Shown in pieces: positions 11,091 through 21,143 of a DNA stretch of 32,000 bases. Made by a program: the position numbers and the translations under genes. A model generated the notes under the pieces. It had not been told where the DNA came from. It made no database searches and was given only the letters and a program-made list of their open reading frames with translations. Each line of letters starts with the position of its first letter. Position 1 is the stretch's first letter. This DNA comes from Trichodesmium erythraeum IMS101 (GTDB lineage Bacteria; Cyanobacteriota; Cyanobacteriia; Cyanobacteriales; Microcoleaceae), in contig NC_008312.1 in assembly GCF_000014265.1 (NCBI RefSeq), positions 6,240,001 through 6,272,000 on the forward strand. Direction: 5' to 3'.

Positions 11091-11572
11091 ATACTTCTAA
11101 CTCCTGTCTTCTGCTTTACCTTCAGAAATATTGGTTTTGTCTAAACCGAATTTAGTTATAATACCGTTTCTTAAAAGTAATACTCCCATTAGAAGATAGT
11201 AAAAATAAGTACATAAATCACAAAGGTTAGTTAATAATAAATAATGCTTAATAAATAGTATTTAGAAATATAAAATCTAAGTATATAGTAACCCTAAATC
11301 ATTAGTAAAAATTACTATTTTTATTGACAAATAGTTCTAACCATTCCTGCTTTTGCTTTCTACCTTCAGCATAGGTGCCTTCTAATCGCTTATCTCTTTC
11401 ACTTTTAAGATAGAATTACTATATAATTGCCATAATACTAATACTATTTATCAAAAGTACTACTAGATTTTAAAATTAATAGAAATAAATATAAAAATCA
11501 CAGAAGTTAATTAGTAATATAACTACGTCAATAAATCTTATTTGGAAATAGAAAATTTAAGTATAGTAAAGT
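11091..11572. repeat. Diverged tandem duplication, 2 units of about 240 bp, non-coding
   Basis: Unit 1 is 11091-11330 and unit 2 is 11331-~11572. Anchors: ATAcTTCTAAC / ATAgTTCTAAC; CTGCTTTACCTTCAG / TTGCTTTCTACCTTCAG. The last ~80 nt (11213-11291 vs 11491-11570) are about 75% identical. All frames are full of stops. Confidence 0.75.
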
Positions 11573-11929
11573 TTTTAAGAAGTCGTATAGTCAATTTTAT
11601 TAGCATTTTTAGGCTAGGTTTCCTCTATAAACAACTTTCTTGACAAGGTGTTAAGGAAACCCAAGAATTTAGGTAAAATAACTTGTAGGTGGGGTTGACA
11701 TTAGGAAAACCAAACAATATAGAGTTTTTGGGTGTGGGAAAATTGAAAATGCTCAAAAGCTTACTCTTTATAGTTTTCAGTTTTTTTTATATTAAAAAAT
11801 ATGCTTTAACTTTGACATGATATGGATTTTAGCCTTTTTTTATTGCTTAATTCCCAATAACTCTAATATAAATAATGCCACTATTCTATTAGTGGCATTA
11901 TAAAACTACTATAGAGTTTTTACTGACAA

Positions 11930-12505
11930 TTACCACAGCCCTCTTACAGGAGCTGGAGGAATAGGTCGTGTAATAGGAGGTGGTGGTTGAAGCGGTGGAA
12001 ACTCTAAAGATGGTGGACCTTGAAAGTCATATCGTGGTACATTAACTTTTATCCTTTCGTAATTATAATCTGGGATAACTTTAAAAAAATCAATACAACC
12101 ACAAGGGTTTTCTGGGTTATCATCTTTTTTACCAACAACTGCATAAACCCGCATTCCAGGTACTAGACCTGCTATCTCTATATTGTGCTTAGGGGAAAAA
12201 TATAGACTTCGTAGTTGACCACGTTCTTCTTCAGGAATTGTGACATAAGTTGGTTCACCATTATTTCCTGCAATTCCAGGAATGCCTAATTCTTCTTCTT
12301 CATCTATAAGAATTGTGACTACATTACCAACGATACCTTTAACATAGCCCACAACCTCAATTTGGTTTCCTCCCCTAGGGCGAGATCTTTCACGTTGAGC
12401 AACTAACTCAAGTTCAGGAGCCGCGATCGCAGGATAAACTGCTCCTAATGTAATTAATACTGACAAGCAACCACTTGTCAAAATTGTCTGTTTTGGAAGA
12501 CGCAT
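11930..12505 (-). CDS. Secreted hypothetical protein with a proline-rich C-terminus
   Basis: 191-aa ORF. Signal-peptide-like N-terminus MRLPKQTILTSGCLSVLITLGAVYPAIAAP, GAGG 7 nt upstream of the ATG, C-terminal PPLQPPPPITRPIPPAPV. HIP1 at 12423-12430. No family recognised. Confidence 0.65.
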   Translation of the reverse strand: MRLPKQTILTSGCLSVLITLGAVYPAIAAPELELVAQRERSRPRGGNQIEVVGYVKGIVGNVVTILIDEEEELGIPGIAGNNGEPTYVTIPEEERGQLRSLYFSPKHNIEIAGLVPGMRVYAVVGKKDDNPENPCGCIDFFKVIPDYNYERIKVNVPRYDFQGPPSLEFPPLQPPPPITRPIPPAPVRGLW

Positions 12506-12838
12506 GACTACCTCACAAAATTTTACCCTGGCCTTAAGTCTGTTTTTCTATCAAATCTTGCCATTTAGGGCAAAGTTTTCAAAACAGGTATAGCTGGACA
12601 GTAGTTAGTTTATCGGCTATTTTATCAAACCTTGCTCTTTATAGCGGGATTTTAATTAAAGCCTCAGCCAAAAATTTATCACTAACAACTATTTTTGACA
12701 AGTCATTTCAATTTTAAATTATAATATCAGTACCTACCGCTGAAACGATGAGCTTAAAATACTGAATCAAATATTTTGTCATCTTCTATCTAATATGAAG
12801 TTTCATGAATTATAGTGATTGTAAATAAGAATGAGACA

Positions 12839-13690
12839 CTATTGGGCACAATAATTACTAATAATTTCATCAAGATATTTGTTAATAGGTGAATACATTC
12901 TAGCTCTTTTTAATGCACTAAAATCATGTTCTTAGTCATTTAAATCAGGAGAGTATTTTGGCAAAAATAGTAATTGATGACCCCCTGCTTCTACTAATTC
13001 TCTAATAACCTTTTTTCGTTAGAATTGGTTAATTCTCTATAATTAGTACACTGGGAATTTTTCATGAGGGCAATAAATCATCATTTAACCATTATTCAAA
13101 TCCTACGGTATTTAGGCTTCCTTTGAATATAATTGTTGCCATTAAATCCTTTTAATTTTTTATTTTCCAGGCTACTAAATTTTATCTTTTTCCTCATTTT
13201 ACTTCTGGCTCATCATCAAGTTTTTTCCCTTTTTTTGACCAGGCATAAATACAGTATTGATTATCTTAAAATCCTGGCTCATAAATTAATACAAGGCTTT
13301 TAATCCCAATTTTTTTGATAATATTTCGTAGTTTCTGATAATATTTTATTCTTTCTTATCTATTTATTTGTCTATAACGAAGTTATTTTTTTTAAGGAAA
13401 TTTTATTCTTTTCAAAGCATAAAACATAGCTGTAGAATAAACTCCAATTTTTTTAGCTCTGTCTGCTAATGAGATATTTTTTATTTGCTTTTATATCTTT
13501 TGATAATTCTTTCCAATCTAATTTTCTTTAACGAACTTTTACCTTAGTTGCTTCCAATTTTGGGGGGGGGGAGATAACTATTTATATATTAAGCTATTCT
13601 TATCCCAAATATATGAACTACTTCGGTAAGTATACCACCATTTCCTACAAAATTTATGACTTTTTGTCTTAAGTCTAAACTGTAAGGCAT
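12839..13690 (-). mobile_element. IS630-family (Tc1/mariner-like) transposase pseudogene
   Basis: The minus-strand translation starts MPYSLDLRQKVINFVGNGG... and continues KLEATKVKVR*RKLDWKELSKDIKANK.... It ends ...LFLPKYSPDLND*EHDFSALKRARMYSPINKYLDEIISNYCAQ*. This is collinear with cyanobacterial IS630 transposases from memory. It has many stops and frameshifts and an internal G10/C10 tract at 13562-13571. Confidence 0.8.
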
Positions 13691-14811
13691 GGTTAAAAAT
13701 AGTTTCTAGTTGAGTCGATTTTATTCTACTCAATTTTTTTCTCAATCTTAATTAAAACGACTATAACTATAATAAAAATGCTTTTCTTATATCAACTACT
13801 CCCCATTCCCAATTCACTCAAACTTTCCTAAAGTGGTTATTCAAAGAGACATGATATCAGGAGAGTTGTTAAAAATACAGAAGGAGATAGAGAGATAGTC
13901 ATAACTGGGAAATTTTGGCACCCTAAGTCTGGAAACATACCATATTTATCAACTGAAAGACTTACCACTGCCGGCAAGGGTTACCTAAAAGCGGGCAAAA
14001 TTTCTTAACACAACAGTTTTACTATTCAAGCCTTGTACTTAATGATGTCCGATCCCATGCTGTATCCTTGAAAGTCAATTAATTAATTGTTGCCATTTAA
14101 ACTAATTGAAGCAGATAAGCAGGTAAACAAAATAAATTGCACATTTTGAGTAGATAAATGAGAAAATTTATAACTAAATAGGGTTAGCACATCTATTATC
14201 TATGGGCTAAGGTTTTTTGTAGGTCAACAGGTGAGCAGGTTGACACGGATGAATCCTTTAGTCAGCAGGTCCGGTATAGTAGGAATTGTCCCCTGCTTTT
14301 TCTGCTGTCAATATGCCCATTCATCAAATCTATGCATGAACTTAAGTAACCGAACTTATGGTATTTTTTGAAACTTCCTAATTTGGCTTAGGTATAATTT
14401 GTATCAATGTTTTGAGAATTCATCAGCAAGTCCTAAGTAGCCAAGCAAAATTAATTTTATATTTGCAACTTTTGTTAAGTAGGTAGACTCAATTATTTTT
14501 ATCTACTTATAGAGTTTAATGGTATATTTTTTTCCCTACTCCCTACTCCTACTATCTATCTGAAAAATGTTAAATTAATTTAGCACAGGTAATTATCTCC
14601 GCAGAGAGTAAAACGAAGTGTAAAGAGGCAATTCTCTTGAGTTTCGACTACACTAATATGTTGTTATATAGTAAGATTTATTAGTGCTTACCTACTTAGA
14701 AGCTGAAATATAATCCCTGTATAAACATCACCCTTAGTCAATAATTATATGTAGGTGCTTATTTAGTGAGACTACTAAAAAAAGATTCGTAATTATTAAA
14801 AATATCAGTAA

Positions 14812-15237
14812 TTATTGATTAGTTGTTTCTCCTGCCTTTACTTTTCTGTCTCCCAACATATATTCTTTTTCAATATTAATAGCTTCTATCCCCTCATTTG
14901 CCATCAAATCAAACATTGATCCTAATTGCACCCAAATCAATAAAGCAGTTGGAAATACTACTATTGCACCCATCAGAATAGATAACCATTCAATAATATT
15001 AAATACAGAAAGACTAGCTGCCACACATAAAAAGACAAATAAAGTAGTCCCTAAATAAGTAGCTATTATATTAGGTGTTTGATGATCTATTTTTCTTTTA
15101 TAGTTTTTGCCTTGAGACCAGAGAGTTAATTTATACTCCAACATATCTTTAAAAACAACTCCTAAGAGAATAGCAAACAACAATGTCAACTGAATTACTG
15201 TATAAACAGGAAAATTAAAAAAAGTGTTACTGTACAT
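14812..15237 (-). CDS. Hypothetical integral membrane protein (3-4 predicted TM helices)
   Basis: 141-aa ORF with an ATG start. Hydrophobic stretches: VYTVIQLTLLFAILLGVVF, IIATYLGTTLFVFLCVAASLSVF, WLSILMGAIVVFPTALLIWVQLG. Polar C-terminal tail. No family recognised. Confidence 0.55.
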   Translation of the reverse strand: MYSNTFFNFPVYTVIQLTLLFAILLGVVFKDMLEYKLTLWSQGKNYKRKIDHQTPNIIATYLGTTLFVFLCVAASLSVFNIIEWLSILMGAIVVFPTALLIWVQLGSMFDLMANEGIEAINIEKEYMLGDRKVKAGETTNQ

Positions 15238-15360
15238 TTTTGTCTAGCCACAAATATTTACAAATATTAACTATTGTAAATTATATCACGTTTTTTTATC
15301 TAATATGGGATAATAGTAAATCTGCTTATCGAAATCATATTTTTTTTTATTTTTCTCTAA

Positions 15361-15440
15361 CCCTTCTGCCTGCTGCCTGACTCATAAGTACCTTACCTTC
15401 AGATATTAGTTGCTTTCTAAACCGGATTTAGTATAGCACT
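15361..15440. repeat. Third copy of the ...ACCTTCAGAnATATTnGTT..TCTAAACCGRATTTAGTATA... repeat seen at 11110-11160
   Basis: 15395-15440 (taccttaccttcagatattagttgctttctaaaccggatttagtata) matches 11113-11160 (tgctttaccttcagaaatattggttttgtctaaaccgaatttagttata) at about 80%. It lies about 100-200 nt 3' of the tnpB remnant on the minus strand. Confidence 0.5.
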
Positions 15441-15559
15441 AAATTCAGCGCTTTTGAATTTCTGTATTGAAAATATTGATATAGGAATGAGCAGGTATAT
15501 AGTTGATGTTGAGGGGTTTCGCTTATTCTAACTTCTGACTTAAAGTATCCTTTGTGACT

Positions 15560-15930
15560 ATTGAGATCCTCCCCAGCTGTTAGGCACGCTTAAACCACCC
15601 AGCCTTAGCTCCGATGAGGGTTAACTTTTGATAGGCTGCCACACCTCGACCTATTGCTGGGGGGTGAGTTACACTTGCTTCTACATCTGTTGTTTGTATC
15701 CTTTTGCCCAAAGAGGGACTAATATATTTATTTCTTCATTTTCATCACGGTCGTGTTTTGCAGCACAGTTGAAAAATTCCCATTCTTACCCCTGAAAGGT
15801 CTAACTTTCTAACTTTAAAACCACAACAAGAGCAAATTTGAGATGTGGGTTATGTCCGACTAATTACTCTGAAATCACGACCATATTTTTCTGCAAATCC
15901 ATATCTAACAGTATTCTAGATTGTCTTGAA
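15560..15930 (-). mobile_element. tnpB: TnpB (IS200/IS605-family OrfB, RuvC/Zn-finger C-terminal part) fragment
   Basis: With frameshifts the minus strand reads ...RYGFAEKYGRDFRVISRT*PTSQICSCCGFKVRKLDLS..REWEFFNCAAKHDRDENEEINIL.... This is the TnpB signature SSQ.CS.CG....L.LS.R.W.C..CG..HDRD.NAA.NI. The N-terminal two-thirds of the gene are missing. Confidence 0.65.
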
Positions 15931-16375
15931 CCTAGTTAGAGTTGATAGGGGTGTTTCCATTCCTATCTTCTACTGTTTTCCAGTACTTGTCCATATTTAT
16001 GCTCCTATTTCCTTTAGATTTAGCCCAAGTTCTTAATTTTTGGCAAACAAAGTGATCTAGTAAAAAAAATGTTTCCTTGCTGACTACAGATGAGTAATAG
16101 TTTGACCATCCTCTAATTATTGGGTTCAGCTTAATTATTAAAGCAGCTTGTGGCGAAGTCTTTAGGATATCTATTACTTACTTTTGTGATTCTTGGACAA
16201 TGGGCCTTGATTTTCTTCTTAGAGGTTATTATTAGTGTTTTGAAACCTAGTGGTTATTCATTTGATTTACATACAGATATGTAATTTCCTACCTTGTGCT
16301 GTTGTATTTTGCTGGCCTTGTTGATAAAGCTTTTGCTTAAACGAAGCCTTACTATTTTTTTGACCTCAATACTTA
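15931..16375 (-). mobile_element. Group II intron reverse-transcriptase/maturase fragment (thumb / domain X only)
   Basis: The minus strand reads ...PLGFKTLIITSKKKIKAHCPRI...SPQAALIIKLNPIIRGWSNYYSSVVSKETFFLLDHFVCQKLRTWAKSKGNRSINMDKYWKTVEDRNGN.... LNPIIRGW.NYY...SK..F..LD......LR.WA is the hallmark maturase motif. Stops and frameshifts are present. The RT palm/fingers and the intron RNA domains are absent. Confidence 0.7.
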
Positions 16376-16461
16376 GATAAGATAACTAGTTGTAGTGTAA
16401 ATATTTTAAAGAATTACTAACAATACACTATATGTAGAGGTAATATGTAAGTCGTGAAACT

Positions 16462-18123
16462 TTAAGATTGAGCAATTTCTTGGCGGAAGTTTTGCCATCC
16501 ATCAACAGCATTAAGATTAGAAGTAACTCCTTTTTCTAGTAAAACTACACCATCTCCAAAGTCAGTAATTCCATATTCACCAGAATTATAAAGTTCTTCA
16601 ATTCGAGGAACAATTGTTTCTAGTCGTTGGCGATCGCTCTTAAAAGCTACCCGATACCTATTCAACCGCCACAGGTCAACAATAATATATTGTACTTTTT
16701 CAATCTTTTTAGCATCATTGCGAAATTGCATTCTGGGAAATCGCAAAATTGCTCGACGACTTGATAAATGTGGAATAATATAAGTTGTTGCTGCGACACT
16801 AGCATCATCAGGAATTTTATCTAACAATGGTCGCATTTGACTAACATGCTGCCATTGTTCGTTTGCTGGTATATAAACCCAAGGTTTAACTGAATCTGGT
16901 ACTAAAAAATAGAAGGTGCGATTAGGATTAGATGTAAATGTAAAAAATAGTGACAGGCAAATACAAACTACCCAGAAACGAAGAAATTTTGGTGATGGTA
17001 CTGGTGAATTCTTAACTTCTGATTCTCTCTTTCCCCACCATAAAATTGCACCATAAAATAATCCTGGCACTACTGTCATAGCATAACGAATTGTAATTGA
17101 CAGTACAGACAAACCCTTAGCAGAAAATAGTTTCAGCAAAGGAAATCCTGCTATCATCCAAGCTGCAGGAGCAACAGCAGGCACAAATGCTAGAGGTAAC
17201 CATTGACCTAATAAATATTTGAGAGTACCAAAAAATGGAGTAAAAATTTCCTTGATCAAGCGCCAAGGGTTGCTCATCATGCCCCAAATAATTTCTAGAG
17301 TAGAAGCTTGGTCTCCTTCTGTATATTGACCAAATCTTTCCATCATAAATCTCTGGGAAATGTCTTCAGAAAACACTGGCATAATAAGATTGGTTAGAGC
17401 TATCATATAGGAAAAACTGAGAGTACAGATAGCTAAACCTATTTTGGGATAGCGTTTACTTAAGATTAAGTAGAATCCGACTCCAAATAATACTACTCCT
17501 GAATCTTCTCGAACAGCTAAAGTTAATACTGCTAAAATCCAAAATAGAGACCACCAGCGTTTTTCCATGGCCAATAGCAAGCTAAATACAAACAAAGGTA
17601 TTTGACAAATATCATGAAAATTGGCTAGGGTAGGGCCTATTACTGCATTAGCTCCATAGAAACTAATGCTCATCATGGCTGATAACTGTGGTTGGAGATG
17701 CTGTCTAGCCAGGATATATAGAACTAAGCCCGAAACACTAATTAATGTTACCTGTAAGACTGTTAGAGTAATAGGATATGGAAATAAGACATATATTGGC
17801 AACCAAAGCAAAAGAGCCGGGGTAAAATGTTGGCCTAAGCGGTGATAATATACTTCTGAGACTTGGCCTTGATGAACTACATTCGTGGAAAGAGCTGAAG
17901 AGAGGGAACTTTGAAAAAAATGACCGTGCATACTATTCCAAAAGACTTGGTTAAATATACCTTGGTCGTAAGAGGCGTAAAAACTGTAATAACGGTGTAG
18001 GTTGAACAACAGACAAACTACAAAAAAGGCGATCGCTACCACAAATAGCTTTATTTGGAACTGATTTTTTTGCCTACTAACCAACATTGTTATCCATATA
18101 TACTTAAAGCTCGCAGTATACAA
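16462..18123 (-). CDS. DUF2079-family polytopic membrane protein
   Basis: Intact ORF. The track start at 18123 is TTG; an ATG at 18087 (MLVSRQKNQ...) is the more likely start. About 12 or more hydrophobic segments. The region YDQGIFNQVFWNSMHG...LGQHFTPALLLWLPIY...ANFHDICQIPLF...AVREDSG matches my memory of the DUF2079 pattern. HIP1 at 16630-16637 and 18029-18036. Confidence 0.85.
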   Translation of the reverse strand: MYTASFKYIWITMLVSRQKNQFQIKLFVVAIAFFVVCLLFNLHRYYSFYASYDQGIFNQVFWNSMHGHFFQSSLSSALSTNVVHQGQVSEVYYHRLGQHFTPALLLWLPIYVLFPYPITLTVLQVTLISVSGLVLYILARQHLQPQLSAMMSISFYGANAVIGPTLANFHDICQIPLFVFSLLLAMEKRWWSLFWILAVLTLAVREDSGVVLFGVGFYLILSKRYPKIGLAICTLSFSYMIALTNLIMPVFSEDISQRFMMERFGQYTEGDQASTLEIIWGMMSNPWRLIKEIFTPFFGTLKYLLGQWLPLAFVPAVAPAAWMIAGFPLLKLFSAKGLSVLSITIRYAMTVVPGLFYGAILWWGKRESEVKNSPVPSPKFLRFWVVCICLSLFFTFTSNPNRTFYFLVPDSVKPWVYIPANEQWQHVSQMRPLLDKIPDDASVAATTYIIPHLSSRRAILRFPRMQFRNDAKKIEKVQYIIVDLWRLNRYRVAFKSDRQRLETIVPRIEELYNSGEYGITDFGDGVVLLEKGVTSNLNAVDGWQNFRQEIAQS

Positions 18124-18427
18124 CTTACCAGAAATTTACACCTTCTTGAGTCATCATAGCCACTAATCAGACTTATTGTTTTTATTTATATAAAGTATAA
18201 ATTATGTCTAATGACTATTGGATAATTTCAATACTGTCAAGAAAGGCAATTTACAGTATTGAGTGTCACAATATAAAATAGAGATTAAGTTATTTCAGAA
18301 ACAAATTTTCTGTTAATGGCCAATAAATTTCAAAGTAATTTGTGAATGGTTAAGTGGTAAACCCCGCCCTGCTTGTCCAGTCAGGCCTAATATCTAAGTA
18401 GGCGGGAATATTTTCGGAACGTTACAG

Positions 18428-19666
18428 ATGGTTAATTCCTCTCTTTCTGTTCGGCAACAAGATACTAATAGCCCATCTCACTTAGCCAGGGATTTTGTAC
18501 AGGTGTCTTTAGAAAAATCTAATAACGAAGGATTCTTGCAACTTTTATTGTTTATTAATAAACGTCCTGGTTCTGAAGAACAAATTCAAGCTATTCATAA
18601 TTCTCTAGCCAATTTAAAAACAGATTACCCATTTGAGTTCAATATCATTGATGTAGGAGAACAACCCTACATGGCAGAACATTTTAAGTTAATTGCTACT
18701 CCTGCTCTACTAAAAACTCATCCTGAACCAAGACAAACTCTTACTGGAACAAATTTGGTGGCAAAAATGGAATATTGGTGGCCTCGTTGGCAACGTTCCT
18801 TAGCAGAATATTGGCACAGTTATAACTCTCCACCTCTATCACAAGAAGTTGTTAGTCAAAAATTATCCTCTAGTCCAATCAATTGTGCTGCTGAATTAAT
18901 GCAAATGTCAGATGAAATTTTTCGCCTCAAGCGGGAAAAAGAACAATTGCAAGCTCAACTAAAATTTAAGGACCGTATCATTGCCATGTTAGCTCATGAC
19001 TTACGGAATCCTCTGACGGCACTTTCATTGGCTCTGGAAACTTTAGAATCAACTCAAAAAAGGGCAAATAATGAGTCGGTAAAAAGTTCTCCAACTTTTT
19101 TTGAACGCTTGATTAAGCAGGCACGTTATCAAGTGCGTATGATTGATAGAATGATTACAGATATTCTAGAAAGACCTATAGGGAAAAGTACTAAGTTACC
19201 AATTGAACCTGACAAGTTAGATCTCGGAGCATTATGTTTAGAGGTGAAAATACAGTTTCGAGACCGACTCAAGGCAAAAAAATTGCAGCTAAAAACAGAT
19301 ATTCCTAATGATTTGCCCTTAATTTATGCTGATAGAGAAAGAATACGTCAGGTAATAGTTAATTTGCTTGATAATGCAATTAAATATACTCCTAAAGAGG
19401 GTGAGATTCAGATTATCATCCTTGATCGCACAACTCAAAAGGTGCAAGTAACGGTTTCTGATAGTGGGCCTGGTATTCCTAAGGAAAATCGCTATCGGAT
19501 TTTTGAAGATTCTTTCCGACTAAAACGGGATGAGTCACAGGAGGGTTATGGTATTGGTCTGGCTTTATGTCACCGAATTATCTTATCTCACTATGGTAAA
19601 ATTTGGGTAGATTCTAGTCCTAATAATGGTAGTTGCTTTCATTTTACTTTACCTGTTTATAGATAA
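18428..19666 (+). CDS. sasA: Circadian-output sensor histidine kinase SasA (KaiB-like N-terminal domain + HisKA + HATPase_c)
   Basis: 412 aa. N-terminal thioredoxin/KaiB-like segment: LQLLLFINKRPGSEEQIQAIHNSL...FNIIDVGEQPYMAEHFKLIATPALLKTHPEPRQTLTG...WWPRWQ. H-box MLAHDLRNPLTA, N-box LLDNAIKYTP, G-boxes DSGPGIP and GYGIGLALC. Confidence 0.88.
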   Translation: MVNSSLSVRQQDTNSPSHLARDFVQVSLEKSNNEGFLQLLLFINKRPGSEEQIQAIHNSLANLKTDYPFEFNIIDVGEQPYMAEHFKLIATPALLKTHPEPRQTLTGTNLVAKMEYWWPRWQRSLAEYWHSYNSPPLSQEVVSQKLSSSPINCAAELMQMSDEIFRLKREKEQLQAQLKFKDRIIAMLAHDLRNPLTALSLALETLESTQKRANNESVKSSPTFFERLIKQARYQVRMIDRMITDILERPIGKSTKLPIEPDKLDLGALCLEVKIQFRDRLKAKKLQLKTDIPNDLPLIYADRERIRQVIVNLLDNAIKYTPKEGEIQIIILDRTTQKVQVTVSDSGPGIPKENRYRIFEDSFRLKRDESQEGYGIGLALCHRIILSHYGKIWVDSSPNNGSCFHFTLPVYR

Positions 19667-21055
19667 TTTGTGGTAGTTAGTTTTTCGCTTTTAGCTTTTA
19701 ACTATTAGTCGGTTTTGTTGACCTTGATGTATTGTTTTATTTTTTGAGTTTGATACTAGAAAATTGCATAGCTTTTTCTTGAGTTAAACAGGTTCCAGTT
19801 AGAAAATAGCCAAAAATAATAATTATGTTAAGAAACTGGGTTTCTTGTTTTGGTATTTAATTACTGTTGAAGATAAAAATATCGCTTTTATAACATTTAT
19901 CAAAAACTTCTCAGCCCATATCTTGAGTAGGATACCCACACTAACCCCTCCCATGAGGGCAGGGCTATTTCATTTGAAGCTTTTATATAAAAAAAATAGT
20001 TGGTCAATGTAATTATTTTTTTTACTTATCAACTGTTTTTTTGTATAAAATCGTGTATATAAATATTCTAATTAAACAGCTCAAAAAAATCCATGATTTC
20101 GGTAAATATCAAGGCTAAAGAAATGAATTGTTGTTAATCTTAATGATAACTATTCTGATATCTATGTCTTAATATACATCTATTTTTGATTCTTGGTGAT
20201 TTGCCTTTAGCTAATAAATCAAATATTATGAATTTTTCAATATTTATCCAGAAAAAGTATCATCATCTTCAACAATTTATTTGAAAATAAAACGAATAAA
20301 TTTTCTGAATACTCTTTAGGATTTTAATGAATAGGGAAGAAAATAATTTTGATATAATTGATTGCAAAAATGGCTGGCTGTTGATGCTCAAGGTTTCAGA
20401 AATACTCTTACTAATTTTCACAATAATCAGCAAAATTTTGTTTCAATGATTTCATTATTTAATCAAAATAGTGGATCTTTTTTTTTCTTAAAATTGTTGA
20501 AAATAAAAAACTATCATAAATCCAACAAGTGCAATACTTTATATCAAATATTTACTTCACAATACTGTTTTTATGATGGATTATTGAAATTGTCAAAAAC
20601 CACTCAATTAATTACACAAATAAACAATAACTATTTAATTGCTGTTCAAAAATTAGCCAAATTTATCAAGGCAGATTACAACCCATGGTCAAAATATTTT
20701 ATACTATAATTTATGGCTATTTTCTTGACCTAAACTTACTTAATAAGAAAGCCAATTTTTTAAATATTTATGAATAATTTGACATTGTGCGATCGCTGAT
20801 AAAAAAAATTATTAAAAAGCAACAGAGTAAACAGCTTAAACTAGAGAGTTACAGCTAAATTAACTAGATATTTAATAGATTTTTCTAAAAACTTAATGAA
20901 CTCAATTTTATTAGGTGAATAATTATTAAAGATACTTATTATATAATTCTTCTTTTAAAGTTTAATTATTTTTTTTCGGATTTGGCGATCGCTACTATGA
21001 AAGAGCGATAGTCAATCTAAAAATAAATTTTTTATTGGGAATAGAACGGAGTGGA

Positions 21056-21090
21056 AAGAGGCAATCTCTATTACTGTGAGATTGCTTCTT
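21056..21090. other. 13-bp-stem hairpin (AAGAGGCAATCTC-n9-GAGATTGCTTCTT) 54 nt downstream of the cassette's last gene
   Basis: Read directly. There is one G.U (plus strand) or A.C (minus strand) position and no trailing U-run on the minus strand. A related AAAGAGGCAATTCTCTT occurs at about 14620, so it may be a small dispersed repeat rather than a terminator. Confidence 0.4.
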
Positions 21091-21143
21091 GAGGTTTATA
21101 ATAACAATTATTTAACCATAATTTATTTTAAATAAAAGTCAAA

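Noticed and set aside
11091-11572. Possible CRISPR array
   Set aside because: There are only two units, each about 240 bp and diverged along their whole length. There is no 25-40-bp repeat/spacer periodicity and no cas genes in the window.
13085-13105. T-loop-like TTCAAATCC suggesting a tRNA
   Set aside because: It lies inside the IS630 transposase pseudogene frame. There is no GG before it and no acceptor or anticodon stems. I found no convincing tRNA, rRNA, tmRNA or RNase P signature anywhere in the window.
12800-13760. Terminal inverted repeats and a TA duplication of the IS630 relic
   Set aside because: The candidate ends (GATTGTAAATAAGAATG near 12817 vs the reverse complement of ATTTTATTCTACTC near 13722) match only about 8/13, which cannot be distinguished from chance in AT-rich DNA. 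The element boundaries are left undefined.
20362-20709. 115-aa plus-strand ORF
   Set aside because: It has a TTG start and no SD. Its N/K/F/I/Q-rich composition is typical of random translation of AT-rich DNA, and no motif is recognisable. It could be a relic but is not supportable as a gene.
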